Below, in pieces: positions 10,396 through 24,384 of a DNA stretch of 64,000 nt. The position numbers were made by a program, and so were the translations under genes. The stretch is from assembly GCA_024679065.1 (NCBI GenBank), contig JAGIQG010000007.1, forward strand, positions 108,500,001 through 108,564,000. Reading direction: 5' to 3'. This DNA comes from Sphyrna mokarran (lineage: Eukaryota). Position 1 is the first letter of the stretch. Each line of letters starts with the position of its first letter. Under the pieces are notes generated by a model, which worked only from the letters and a program-made list of their open reading frames with translations, made no database searches and was not told where the DNA came from.

Positions 10396-11089
10396 GCTTC
10401 CTCCAACCAAACGTTGACCACCCCTGACTGCCTGGCTCCCAATATTCACCCACCCCCAAAGACCACCCTAACCCTTCACCTATTCACCGTATACTCTTGC
10501 TTTCTTCCCTGCTTCTCAAAATGGATTTGACCTTTAAATCTAACAAGGTTATGGTAACTAGTGCTACAAAAGGGGGGATTTCCCCTGATGTTGCTGCCCT
10601 GCACTACTAGAATCTCAGAACTGCTTCACTGCATATTTCTCACCAAGCCCGGGACAGGAAATCAGACAAGAAATGTGTACTTCCTGATCTGGGTACACAA
10701 AAAGGAGTGGAGTGACAATCTGATTGTGATTGGTGCTGCATAGAGGTCTTATTCTGACATATGAGTGCTAATGTCTTCAGAATAGCAAATTATAGACTCC
10801 AATCTAAATCCAATCTGAATATACAGGCCTGATTTCTCTTTGGGTGTCAGAAAATCAACGTTGGAATTGTTTCAATGATCCAATGCTGCCATTGAGGATC
10901 AGTCAGAGACTCCCATTTTTATGGGGTAGACTGTTCATTGGCTGGAATGTAGATTTGCCAGCCAATTAACAGCATAGTGAATGGAACTGCATGACTAAAC
11001 TAATCCACCATGGCAGCAATTACTGTGATTTATTTACTGTATAACACATGAAACAGAGAAGACAGAGGCGAGACCCTGGAGCAGAGCTG

Positions 11090-12720
11090 CCCTTTGCAGA
11101 AGCCAAATGGATGGTTATCCTGGAGGCAATGAGGGAAAGGAAGGAAACCCTCTTCGAGTGACAGGATAAGGCCGCTGTTCGTGAACAAGCAGGCCTCGAT
11201 TGAGTTGGCAGATAATGTGAGCTGGCAGAGTGTGGTCATATTAAATGGATCCAGTGCATCTTATTCACTTGGACAAGATAAGTGGATTGCTAAATCCCCA
11301 GGACAGACCTCTGGGTATGCAACTTCGAGCAGCCACGCAAGCTGAGGAGCCTGAGGTGCATAATGCTGTGGAATGTGTAAGGAATGTGTGGTTGGGGTAT
11401 ATAACTGATCCCTCAGCAAGGCTCAAAGTAACAGCTCTGCTGAGAACCTGCCAGCTCTGATAAATGAAACTTCAAAGGAACATGAGCTGTTAGCATTGGG
11501 CATTGAGGCCAGCAATGCCCTAGCTTTCTCCCTCTCTTTTTTCCTTGAAGAAAGAAGAGGCTCACAATGCCTACACCAAAAGCCCACTCCAGAGGGGTCT
11601 CCATCCATCACATTGTTGCTGCCATGAAAGAGGGAACCATGGAAGTAGCTGAGACTACGAGCAAGTTGGGGAAGGCAGGGTGAATAGTGGTGGAATGCAT
11701 TGGTTGCACTCCACTACGACATGCTGAACACTCTGCTTGTTTGAGCACCCTCAGCAGTGCTGAAGTTCCTGCTTTCTAAGGCTTGTTCTCACAGTGCCTT
11801 CTTGTTTCTTCCACTGGTTCTGACATCAAGGTACAAAGCCTGAATCCTGCATTATCACCAGTCCAAGTGCTGACAGAATGGACCCCAGATCAAGCACCAT
11901 CACATCTTCCAGAATTACCGTTCATCAGTTCAGATACAGTCACGTTGCGAGGGGTCTTGCATAAATAGAATAGCCCTGGACGATGAGCACAACAAAGTGC
12001 AGGAGAAGGTATTGGATGTATAAGCAGTTGTGATCAGTTTCCCTCAGAGGATGGAGTGCAGACATAGCCCTGTTCAGCTGGGTGCAAACGCAGGCTCCAG
12101 GAGTCACAGGAAAGGAAGCTTTACTTTGACCAACAGCAGTAGATACACATCCATATGCCAAAGTTCTCTGAGATAGTGTGGACTCAGGGCTGAGAATGGA
12201 ATCCACCAGCTCATGTACACCACCATGGCTGAGAACATGAACTCCTCCACTGACAGAGTGGTCAACCTCATAGAAAGCCAAGTGTGGTATGACACAACGT
12301 GCATGCAAGGATTGCATACTGACATTCACAGAATGCATCCACTTGTAACCTTCAACTGTTCTGTAGCGTTGATGGTGCTGAGATATTTTTGAAGGGATGC
12401 CAGTTATGCCCCAACTGGTATTCTCCTGCAGACAAGATGATGATAAAGAGAATGATGATAAAGGTGCCACCCCTCACGGGACACCATCATCATCAATGAC
12501 CTTCTTAGCTCCTGTGACTGACAGTGTCTGTACAGCAGGAGCCAGAGACACAGGCTGTCCTTGTAATAATGCAAATTCAGCAGCTCTGGAAATGCTGCCA
12601 GAAGGCACCTGCACAGACCCAATGGCATCTCTATGCCAATGGCTTGAATGTCCCTTTCAGTCATTTTTCTTACATTCACCTGTTCCTGCCCCAGGAGCAG
12701 CCTGTGCATCCCCACCTAAA
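11090..12720 (+). mobile_element. Decayed Harbinger-type Myb/SANT ORF remnant
   Basis: ILEAMRERKETLF...NKQASIELADNVS...WIQC resembles a Myb/SANT-like domain. Downstream MAENMNSSTDRVVNLIESQ is coiled-coil-like and resembles 58270-58500. Heavily degenerate. Confidence 0.4.
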
Positions 12721-13160
12721 TGTCAACATATCTCTTAACAAGCTTCTAATCAGCTCTTTAACAATCTTAATTGAATGTATTAACAAATTGTCTGAGTTTT
12801 TGGGGCCAGCCTCCTCCTGCCCTGACAAAATTCACTGGTGGCTGAAACAGCAAACACTAACCAGCATGGTGACCAGTTCTGGTATTTTCATCATCCATTC
12901 ACCTTTACAAAGAGTCTACATTCAGTTTTACTCTTGTAATAGATATTCTTTTATCGCATAGTAATGATAGACTAATGCAGATAGAGTAGACTGGATATAT
13001 CTGTGTGAATTATAAGGCATTAATCCAATCAATTGATGCAAAAATAGCAGAATATATATTAATTAAATTTGGGAAATATGTCTTTATAATCCCCATGCCA
13101 ACTCACCCAATTGGGCAGACTTCAGGAACCGTGGTAAGAAAAACTAAAATAAAGGTCTAT

Positions 13161-13298
13161 GGACAGGATTTTCTAGCTGTGTTTGCCCCAAGACTGGAAA
13201 ATTCCACTGGAGGTCAACGAACCTTTGCTTGACTCCACAGACCCCTCATCCCCACCTGCTATGATTCCCGTGGAGGGCGGGATGGGAAAATTTCACCC
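13161..13298. mobile_element. Short MITE-like TIR element
   Basis: ggacaggattttc...gaaaatttcaccc; related copy at ~29900-30013. Confidence 0.5.
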
Positions 13299-13444
13299 TA
13301 AGTGTCTGTTTCACGCAACAATTCTTATTTAATTTTAAAGTACATAGATTCTTTGCCATGCTGACAAGCTACCAGAAAGACTTATATGAAGAATATTTAG
13401 CATTAGAGTGTGGCTTCACATTTCGATATTTCACGTGCATGGTG

Positions 13445-13840
13445 TTATTTTGGTATGGAAAATAAAGTATTTATTGACAACAAAACTTAAATTGAACTTC
13501 ACATCGTTATTATGAAATAATAAACATACAAACAATCCTGGGCCATCTTCTGGTGATGGGAAAGTTAGGAACAGCATAACCTTCTTCTAGAAGATGTTCC
13601 CATAGCCATCCCACAATCTTACCCTTTGGCAACCACTTGAGCTTTGAGGATTGCAGCTTTCCCTCGGCCAGGCCCGTTCCCTGTTTTTTTCCTTGGGAGC
13701 ATTTTTCAGCATGTCCAGGAAGATGAAATTCTGATGCCAAGCATGTAGACCTGCTCCGGGTGAGCCAGACATCCATTGTGGTATATTACGTTGATATTAG
13801 ACTTTGACAGTTCATTTATCCTCAGCCTTGATTCGCTTTT
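13445..13840 (-). pseudogene. SNRPD3: Processed pseudogene of small nuclear ribonucleoprotein Sm D3
   Basis: Across frameshifts the minus strand reads KRIKAED.MNCQ.SNINVIYHNGCLAHPEQVYM, FIFLDMLKNAP, GPGRGKAAILKAQVVAKG and GMGYGNIF*KK. Vertebrate SmD3 reads [33 protein letters not shown]...LPDMLKNAP...GAGRGKAAILKAQVAARG...GMGRGNIFQKRR. AATAAA at 13475-13470 and a residual A tract at 13451-13445; no introns. Confidence 0.93.
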
Positions 13841-14196
13841 GCATTTCTTAGTGAGAAGCGTAAATGGACCAATGGGGCAGGTTATGCAGTTAGTGCCGAG
13901 AAGTCAAAACTTAATATAAGCTGTTGCCCTGAAGTCATAAGTTACTAACAGTTTATATTTACTGTTTTATTGATAGGCACTCTAATACCTTGTTCAAGAA
14001 AATCGACTTCACAGAGTGGAATTTCTAAAATGCAAATGATCGCAACTGAAATTCTCATTAGCTATTTGTAATTGTGGTTTAATAGAATAAACCAACTGTT
14101 TAGAGGCCTCTCTTCAAAATAATATAACATGGTATCACTACAGAAAATAACTATTACAATTAACCGATTTTCGCTCATTGACCCTTTTCTTATAAA

Positions 14197-14500
14197 GAAT
14201 CCCAACAATGCAGAAAGAGATAATTCGGCCCATTGAGTCTGCACTGCCCACAATCCTGCCTACGTCCTATTTCCGTAACCCTAAATATTTACCCTACTCA
14301 TCCCCCTGACACTAGGGTCAATTTAGCATGGCCAATCAACCTAACCTATACATCTTTGGAGTGTAGGAGGAAACTAGAGCTCCCAGAGGAAATCCACGTG
14401 GGGATAATGTGCAAACTCCACGTAATGAACCAAGGCTGGAATTGAACCTGGGGTCCCTGATGCTGTGAGGTAGCAGTGCTAATCGCTATACCATTGTGCC
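14197..14500 (-). mobile_element. HE1-type V-SINE
   Basis: tRNA-like head (tggcacaatggtatagcgattagcactgc...ggttcaattcc), V-core and CR1-type tail. Confidence 0.85.
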
Positions 14501-17500
14501 ACTTTCTTTTTTTTAAACTTCAACTGCTAGCTGCCCTGTCCCCAACAATTTAGGGGCAACTGCTCTGTGATTTCCAGCTTACCACACTGTGTATGTGAAC
14601 TTAGGTTACTGCATTTCTCAGTGGGTTCTCATTTTTAAATGAAGATCTTATGATTACTTAGTGATACTAACACCACAAAAGTCAAATGCAAATGATTATT
14701 TTTATGATTGCATTGTGTACTTAAAACTGTCAGAATGTTTTTTTTCCCCTCTTTTATTGATTGTTCCAACAGAAAGCAGCTCTCCATAGATGGTTAACCC
14801 ATCTATTCTCCAGCCATGTGGTGACACATAATTTCATAGGTGATGGTGGATAGTATGGGTGTTTTTGTTTTGACTTTTAAAGTTTACTACAGCTTTTAAA
14901 TAGCTTCAGTTTTCATTGTAATACTGTTATATGAAGCAAATGCTCACATCAGAGGTGGTTCCCAAGCATTCAACAATTAAGTTAATGTGAGATCCAATGC
15001 CTAATCCCTAAGTGATTGACCTGATCAATTGTGAAAAACAGAGTCATGAGCATCTTAACTGTCACTAAGTAAGTCATATATTCCAAGTGTTGACTCTTGT
15101 GGAGGGTACATAACTGGTATGAGGAATCATATCATGGAGAGAGCAAAGATTCTGCCCATTTCCAACTGGACTGCAATTCTGCTGTATTTGTGGGCTGGAG
15201 TGATAGCCACATTAAGGCCCCCATTTTGATGCAAAGATCGCCTTGTATTGTTCTGTTTATTATTATACAAGGAAGAAAAGAGATATAAAGCAAATATAGT
15301 TTGCTTTATATAGTTTAAATTAGAGCCCTTAGGCATTCTAAAGGGCTTTATAAAAATTTTACTTTTAAAGTATTATCAGTGTTGCACTGTGAGAAGGCTT
15401 GCAACAAATTTGCACACAGGAAGCTCTTGTAAAGAACAATGTGATGTGCAGTCATCTATAGTGGGAGCATTTGAAGCTTTATGGATAAAATACTTAAAGT
15501 TTTGATGAGCTTTATACACTATTTTTCATAATGTTCAGTCTGTTTTGTTTCTGACATTTTTAGCACCAGTCATAAAAACATTTTCATTCTTTTTAACTCC
15601 CTTTTTAAAGGGCTTCAGATAAAATTCTTAAATTATTTATTCTTTGGATATCAGCATTACGGGCAAGTCCTTTAATGAACCATTTAGGATTTTACAATAA
15701 TTGCTTTTTATTTCCAGTTGTTTTAAATTGATTCCAAATACTTTGAACTGCTGATGTGGGATATGAACTCGTGTTTGCTGGATTATCAGGAGTGGTCTGG
15801 ATTGCTAGTTTGTAACATTAGCAAAACATCACAGTATGTGCTGGTTGTGTTATTAAAGTGGCGTGAGATGAGAAAAGATGCACCAAGATTAGTAAGCACA
15901 GAAACAGATCTGCAGATTTTAGCATGCCCATCTTTCATTGACTGATCACTAATGCTACTAGGTTAAACAGTTGCGAAAAATACCATCTGCATAAAAAAGT
16001 AAAAGGTTATTTATTAGTCACAAATAAGGCTTACATTAACTGCAATGAAGTTACTGTGAAATTCTTCCTTGCCACCACAGTCTGGCATCTGTTCGGGTCA
16101 ATGCAGTTAACCAGGTGTAAAAAGCAACTATAGAAATCTAGCAATATGAAAACAGCAGTGCCACCATTGGCAGAGTCACCATTACCCACAACTGTTATAA
16201 ATTGTATCATCTTGACCAATACTGCACTATCAGCTACTACACTGCTCTTACATATACCAAGGCAGTGGCTAATGTGTCATCCATCACTTCTCTTTTCTCA
16301 CCCATGTAGTCAGTCTAACACTGGCAATGGCAAAACTTTTAGTGACAAAAATATGAAACATTAGAAACTTTCAAAGAGAACTGGATAACTACTGGAAGAG
16401 AAGAAAATTACAGGACTATGGGGAAAGAGCAAGAGAGTGGGACAAAGAGCCAGCACAGGTATAATGAATAGACTCCTTCTATGTTGCAAGATTCTAGTTC
16501 TAAACAGGACACACCTAGTTTAATGCATTTCCCAAAGTTGCTGATTGCTGATGTGTACCCAAGCTGAAGTCCATCCTTTTTGTAGGTTATATTACAGTTG
16601 TTAAAGCACTTGGACAATATGAATCTGTCAACATGTTTAAATTGCAACTTTAGAGTGTAGCATGGTAAGGTATGGGTATGTATGACTTGCAATTAAAGTC
16701 TGTGTGAAGATTTTGTATGCAGTAAGAGTAAGCAACCGACAAAATTTTGATACCAATTTACAGGATATCTTGCACACATTTCAATTATTGTTATATTTCA
16801 GGGTTTTGAGGTATAAAACCCTCCTAATCAATACTACTGCTTTTCAAAATCTTAATTTCTAACACGAGGGTTCTTCATTATGTTTGACTGGACAAGGTAT
16901 GAATAACTAGTATTAATGAGTCAAGCAGAATTTATTAAGCATGTTTTACCTATACTTAACAAAAAACAGTGAATTCAACAAAAAAAAACAGTGAAGATAA
17001 CATCTTATCCTTTAAGTTTCTCGGATTCCTTGAGCATTGCCAGCAAGGTGATACCTTGCTTATCTCTGTTTTTTTGAGTGACATTGAACTGTGTCCAGAA
17101 GCTATGGTAACACTGTCCCAACAAGATTCCAATTTTCTGACTTGAATCTCCATTTCTTATTATTCTGGAATCCTTTATTTGAAAATAGTCCAAAATCATG
17201 TCTTTACTGATTTAGGCTGCAAGCCATTTTGTGTCACCCCATCTCTGTAACTAGAACCATGTAGACTAAAGACAAATGTTTGTCCATTGTTCCCCTGGCT
17301 TCCAGAGGTAATTCATTACAAACAAATAACACATTTCCTTTAGATATAGAACAGTCAACAAGCCACATCCTCTTGTCAATAATGCACCTATCATAAATAT
17401 TCACATTAACATACTTTAACCCATTCCTACAAGTACCAACACTTAAGAACAAATGTTAAAAACACTTCCTATCACAAGTCAAAACAGAATCATTTCTCTC

Positions 17501-19218
17501 TAATATAGGTGTTTTGCCCTAAAAATATGACTAATCAATCAAATCAATGCATGGATTTTGTTTAAAGATCAGGGTGGAATTCTCCCAAAAAGTGTCATAA
17601 TGGCATGATTGGATTCGTGTTTTGGGAAGTGGCTGAGAAGATCACAAACATTATGGCGCCAGATGCAAAACCGATTTTTAGACCCACCGCTATTCTCCAC
17701 AATTTGCGCCAGGAGCTGTAAGGTCGGAGAATTGCCCCAAAGTGTCCTTCAAAGAACAAACTACTTTCCAGCTACATCTTTAAAATTGTTTTTCAAAACT
17801 TAATTACAGCATTGGACTACTGAATCCATGCTCTGAAGCAAAGTAAAATTGTGAGACAATTAAGTGTAGTTTCTACAAAGAACAGCTTTCCTGTAAATGA
17901 TTTCAGCTGCCTTGACTGCCCAGTATTTCACAAAGAAAAACTCCTAAGTAAACCATTTAACTTAAACAGTGGTAAAAGAATAAAATCTAACAATTTACTG
18001 ACCAACAGCAAACCCTAAAAATGAATAGAATTATCAAATCTTGCAATCATATCCTTTACTCCTGAGCAAATCTTTGTAGAGAGTATATTTAAATTAATTT
18101 AATAAACTGATGATGCAAACTTGGACACAGTTAAATTTTCATGCCACTTGCATAATTGACCCATGAATCTCATAACTTTTGATCTTAAAATTTCCTTCTA
18201 CAACATATAATAATTAGCTAAACACAGATAATGAAAACTTGCTGGTGATGAGGATTGCGCTCAAGGGGAAACTCCATTAACAGCGACAGGACCTCCCTGC
18301 TTGCAGAGGGAGAGGAAAATCCCATCCAAAGTAATTTCATCTTTGGTCAATCAGATACCCAGCGATATGATGAAATACATAAGAAAAATGTTGAAATTGA
18401 TTAATTCAGGAACTGCTAATCTATAAGTGAGTGAGTCGATAATAGAAGCTGAGTTGCATATTCTTATTATTTCATAATATTAAAAATTGTACAAAATTGA
18501 TGTATGTCATTGAATATCTCATTCACGGGCCGATGTAAAATAAGCTAGTTTATTGGTTACATTTTTGGCTTGTTCCACTCAGGTTATTTTCAACAATATT
18601 TTTGGTAAGTATTAGGTGGTGCATATGAGATCAAAATATCTGATATATGCAAGAAGAAGCCTGGTGTTACAATCTCTAGTTCGCGCTTGATTAGTTAGAC
18701 ATTGAGCTGAAAAGATGTATATAAGGCAAGCCAAGGAATGACTTACAATGCTGGCCTGAAGAGAATGTCTCCTACAGACCTGTGAAATTAATAATATGAA
18801 TGAAATCCAATAGATGAGGAGTGGCATTCAAAGCAAGTGCAATCAGGAAATTTACTAGAAATAATTGGTGATATCTCATACATCCACTCAGCCAAAGACA
18901 TAATTAGTAGGGTTTGGAGGTTGAAAGAGATACTTCAAGTCACCAATGAAATTCCTACTTTCACCTAAAGGTAGAACTAGGAGAAATTACCATGGGGAAT
19001 GTGGAAATGGCAGGGACATTAAGCAGATACTTTTGCTAAGACTTTTTGGTCCAGCTGCGGCGGGTTTTCTTACAGCAGATGTGGCAATCTATTTAAATCC
19101 CCTTTGGCATCAGCAGGACAGGAAGTTCCTGCCAGTGGGAGGGGCTAGAAAATCCCACCATTTGCACCTTCACATATATTGATGAAAATTGGATTGAGCT
19201 CAGCTAAATTTTTTTTTT

Positions 19219-19482
19219 AAGATGGCACTGGAGCAAGGTGACTTCTTGCAAGCTGTGCCCAGCATACATTTTAATTCTATCTTTTACTCTCTCCTATGCT
19301 TCTAAAACTTCGTTCTAACTCTTTTAAACTCTCTAACAATGCTCTAATTCAATCTGTTAGCATTCTGCACGCTCTCGTTTCCTTCTCTATGAATGGTATG
19401 CTTTGTCGGTACAGCGTGCAGGAGACAATATTTTTCACTGTATATTAATACATGTGACCATAATAAATCAAATCAAATCAAA
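19219..19482 (+). mobile_element. Short non-autonomous retroelement with (ATCAA)n tail, possibly Rex1/Babar-related
   Basis: Begins aagatggc; ends ttttcactgta...catgtgaccataataaatcaaatcaaatcaaa; no ORF. Confidence 0.5.
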
Positions 19483-20594
19483 ATGTCTTTGTAAACTAAA
19501 TAGTCTGGCAACATTCACTCACCAATTTCACACAATAAGATTGGCCCTTGAGTAAGGTGTCTGAGGATGTGCTTGAAGAGATAATTGTTCCAGCATCTAA
19601 TTTTAGGAGTTAAAAGGAAATAATTGGGAGGGGAATGATTTCTCGTTTTTTGTTGATTGATTTCGAGGCAGACATTACAGACTGCAAACTGTACAGGAAG
19701 ATTATGATGGCCATGATTAACATTAGTCTAAGAAAAAAAGATATATACAACAACTTTCACAACTCTGATGTGTCCCAGAACACTTTTCAGTGATGAAGTA
19801 AATCTTTTTGAAATGTAGTCACTGTTTCAATAACAAAGTAAAACATGGTCTTGACATAATAAAGCTTAAGAAAGCAAACACAATGATAGAAAATGAAATC
19901 CATTATCTCATAAGGGGATTACAACAAGCATTAGTAAAGATGTTCTTACTCTGAGTTGGTTTTCACTGTGGATTTCCAGTCAAATGCCCTGTGACCTTTT
20001 AAGGTTATGGCAGACAGAATAAAGTTTTTTTTTAACCAAAATCATCCTTCACCTGCAAAAAAAATCACTAAGTTAATCATTAATTCCACTTCTGCCATTT
20101 CAGCAAAATGCTTTTGGTGAAACTAGGGTCTAAAGGCAATGTACTTTTTTGTTTAAAGAGCCATTAATTATGCAAAGTATATTTCAGTACCCTTTGCAAA
20201 ATTGCAATGATTAACTTGCGTTCATTTCACATTGATTTCTGAGGATAAGGATTTATATCACACACAGCAAATTCAGCACTTTTATTTTATAGGTTACATA
20301 ATCTTATTTTTCCATTGCTATCCGTGCCAACTTTTGATGAAGAGGGTGTGAAATAGGTTGGCATTTTATCTTTCATTATATTCCTCATTTAAAAAGGCAG
20401 TTTTTCAAGTGAGCAGCTGGAAAGGTGATGGGAAAGAATAAATAATGCAAACATTAAAGCCCCTTCATCCACAGCAATTTTGTCTCTTCCGTCGTCATTA
20501 ATGGAATTTCCAGTTGTTATTTCAAAGTGCCACAAATATTGGATGCTGCAACCTCTCACTATCAGGTTGTATTTTCTCCTTTGAGAAGAAAATG

Positions 20595-21905
20595 CAATTT
20601 CTAAATTGGAAGAGGGTGAACTGCAGTGAGATAGGTGGGACTCTAACCAAGGTAAAATGGAACCAAAGACTGACAGGAATAACTGTGGGAAAAGAATGGC
20701 TGATGTTTAAGCAGGATATGCTTCAGATACAGGCTAGAACCAATCTAACAAGAGGGAAAGATGGGGACAGAGCACCAACACTGATATGATGGGTAAATGG
20801 CCTTCTCCTGTGCTGTAACAATTCTATGATTCAAAGCCAGGACTCTTTTGATAATGAAACAAAAATGAAAGCCAATGACACAAATCTTAATTACTTGAGA
20901 GGGGAGTGAAGAGGAAAATAAGACCGGCAGAGGTAGAATATGAACATAGAATGGCAGTTAATATAAAAGAAAACACAAACACATATAAATAGGAAGTGGA
21001 TAGTGAAAGGTGGGACTATTTGAAAGAAAGAGGGTGATAAATGCTTAGAGGTACAGACCAAGGCTAGAATACATAATGAGTATTTTGACACCCTTATTCA
21101 AGAACAAGTTTAAGGACAGTCCTAATAACTACAAGCCAATCAATTTACCACCAATAAGGATAAGGTAATAGAAACATAAGCAGGGAAAACAAAAGCTGTC
21201 ATGGAGAGGTTCAAATTAATTAAGGAGTGTCACATGGATTTGTGAAAGGCAGATTGTAATTGACTAATCTACTTGAATTTTCAGATGAAGTAATAGAGAA
21301 AGTTGAAGGGAATGAAGTGGACGTTGTCTATATAAATTTTAAAAAATCATTTGACAAAATACACATAATGGGCTGGTTAACAAAATCGGCCAAGAATACA
21401 TAACGAGGCTTAGCTGAGCACTCAGGCATCCATCTGCAGCAGCCCACACTCTTATTCCCACCTTGATAAATATTGGGAATGGGGCTGGGTCTTGGCAGCC
21501 ATTTGTAAAGTCAAACGATTAAGTAGAAATACAGGGAAGCTGTGCTGAACTCTTATAACACTCTGATTCAGCTACAACTTGAGTTTTGTATCCAGTTCCG
21601 GTCAGCACATATTCACAAAGGCTTTAGGGTCCTTGAAAAGATGCAGAGGAAATTTACCAGAATGGTTCCAGGGTCAAAGGATTTTCTCTGCAAGGTCAAG
21701 TTGGAGAAGCTGGGTTCTTCCCTTGGAATGAAGGAGGTTAACGAAGATTTGATCAAGGTGTACAAGTTACAACAGGTTGAGATAAAGGAGACAAAGCAAA
21801 GCTGTTCCCATTAGCTAATGATATAAGCGCACACAGATTTAGGATTTTGGACATGAGAAAGAACATTTTTGCAAAACAAAAGGTTAATGATCTGGAACTC
21901 GCTGG
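20595..21905 (+). mobile_element. Old fragmented CR1 ORF2
   Basis: HGFVKGRL*LTNLLEF near 21233; LNSYNTLIQLQLEFCIQF...FTRMVPG in ORF 21542-21814. Confidence 0.75.
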
Positions 21906-22749
21906 CTAAAAATTTGGAATCCAGGTAAGTCTGAACATCCTGAAGTCTCCAACTCAAGAGTCAGGATATTAGCAAGCATCCTGGGAACCAGGGAATTTGC
22001 CATTGGAAGTTTAAATTTCCTGGGTAATTCCCATGTAAGTCATTAGGTCAGGACTTCCACAGAGTCCTGGCATACATCCCAGTTATATGTCCGGTCTCTG
22101 ATGATCCAGTGACTGGCAAATTTAGGCCATGATTATTTAATCACTTGAACTACAATCAAATCATTATTACTTTCAATATTTTAAAGAAACCTTTAACCTG
22201 CATAAAAATAACAAGCAAGAAGCTGGAAGCAATTATATTAAATCCAACTTTATTCTGCATCTACTTATATCTGGATCATTCATGTTTAATCAGTGAACAT
22301 TGATTTCTTTTTTTGGGAAATTGTACTTGCAAAGTTGTTGAATCTGGCAGAATTAATCCCAGTAGAAATAGTCATTAACCCTGTTTTTTTTTAAATGAGC
22401 GCAGCATTTAACCACTGTGTATTTAAATTTAGATGTTCACCATTGGATTTAATAACTGCTTCCTATTATAATTTGCTTGCATTATCTAGCTCCCTGCCAG
22501 TCTTACAGCACAGTATATTGAAGCATCAAAGAGCTACTTGTCCATACCATTCCAATCACTTTCTTCAGGTCATTAAAGGAAGGGGCTCAGATTTGCAACA
22601 GTGATAAGCTCCCCTTGTCCAGACTGTCACTGGCTGCACATTCTTTGTCATCTGTATACCAGAGCACCCACCATTAGTGTTCATCAATGGAAAACGATAC
22701 ATTAATTTTGAGTTTATGTCTGCTCATAGAAACAGGATCATGCAGGCTT

Positions 22750-22905
22750 GTAACTAGAACAGAGGATGCCAGGAAAACTCAGCAGGTCTGCTAGCATCTA
22801 TTAGATGAGAAACAGTGTTAACATTTCGAGTCATTTGACTAGATTTTAAAGCATTCTGTGTTCTTGTTTTAGATTCTATCATCTACAGTACTTTATTTAT
22901 TTTCA
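22750..22905. mobile_element. Old remnant of another PLE-type terminal repeat
   Basis: aaaactcagcaggtctgctagcatc...gttaacatttcgagtc; related to the 39-bp insert at 49074-49112. Confidence 0.4.
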
Positions 22906-23299
22906 TGTAAGTTTGTGTTCGTTATCTTCCCAAAGGTCACAATTAATTTATTCTGCTACAATCAACTATTTTACAGTACTCAGTCCTCCTAGAATTGTGA
23001 CAGGATAACGATCAGGGTGAAGGGGTAAGACATACTCTAATCGCATGGCTCACTAAAAAGCCTCATAATTCACAGATTAGGTACACAGATATAAACAAAG
23101 CAAAATAATTGTAGAATACATCCTATGAATGCTGAAACAAAAATTCAAATAGATGGACTGATCTGATGGCTTCCTACAAGGGAGGTACATCCTGTATAAC
23201 TTGACCATATAGTGAAACCTGCATTTGGAGGAAGCACAGGAGCAGCAGCCATCCTTGTTAGGTGAGTTAAACTCAAGTGAAGGCAAGAAAAGAACAGGA

Positions 23300-23612
23300 G
23301 AGCCACTGCAATTTCTAGCAGCAATCTGGTGAAAAAGATGGTCTAGACAGAGTAGATGTGGTGAAACTGCTTCCATAAGAGAGAGGATTGAGATCTGGAA
23401 GATACAAATTTAAGATTAATGACAAAAGAACCAAAGGCAATGGTTAGGATCTGGAATGCAGTTGTGGTTTTCAGACAGCTATTGAATAAGTACCTGTAGG
23501 AGAATAACAAGGAAAGGATGATTTAGTGAGACTAGCTGAGTTGCTCATGCAAAAAGCTAGCAAGGACATGATGGGCTGACTGGTCTCCTTTTTCGTTTTA
23601 TTGACTTTCTGA
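23300..23612 (+). mobile_element. Old CR1 3' fragment
   Basis: Degenerate GLDRVD...KFKI...IWNA and a CR1-like UTR (atgggctgactggtctcctt). Confidence 0.6.
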
Positions 23613-24384
23613 TATTAAGATAGTCATTTCAGTGATCTGTTAGTCTGCCCATTCCCCTGCCCTCTGCATTTAACATTCTTCATTATTATCCTCCAATATC
23701 CCTTCATTCAAATAGTTTCCATATCAATAATCAGAAGTTGATATAAAACCAGACCAAAGTGCCAATATGAAAAAGATGATATGATTAACATTTCTTGACA
23801 AACACAATAATTGCCTTGCATTCATTTCTCAACCAAGGGGTATACTTATGGTGCCTTTGTTCGAAGGTTTCCTGACTTTACTCCTGCCATGCTATAAGGT
23901 GCTGCTCTACTGGTTTCAACAGAGCTGCTGGAAGCTATTCCTCATGCTAGGATCATTGAAATACTCATAGCCAAAGATTTTTAATCTTCAGGTAAATGAC
24001 AAACAGATGCAGTCTGTTTGGCTCAGGATGCCATGCTGCTATCGTGTTGGGAGTTGTTTGAGAGAGAGGGAACAGATATGCTGACACTCAGAGGAGGCCG
24101 TATATACTATTGCATCGCACCATACCACTGCTATTGACTGAGACTGATCATTTACACTCATCTGTGAAACAGCAGACTCCAGAAAATCAGTGACTTCTTA
24201 GAGATTACCATCTATTAAGTTTCCTAATCTATTCAAGATGGACGTCTATCCTTTCTTTGTAGTTTATGTTGTAGCCATTTATGCTTCCTCCAAAGCTGCA
24301 AAGCTTAGACACACTGTCTCTTGTTTCTGCATCCCCCAAGAAGACCACTTTTCAAGGAATTCAACAGATTGCTGACTCCATATG

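Noticed and set aside
11940-12961. Overlapping 100-176 aa ORFs as host genes
   Set aside because: Mutually overlapping with no coherent protein; consistent with a decayed transposon region.
13600-13755. Minus-strand exon bounded by AG and GTAAGA
   Set aside because: Both apparent splice sites lie inside continuous SmD3 homology, so this is part of the retrocopy.
14430-14500. tRNA genes (also ~8640-8710, 28560-28627, 45650-45706, 62250-62307)
   Set aside because: Degenerate tRNA-like heads attached to SINE bodies, with no complete cloverleaf.
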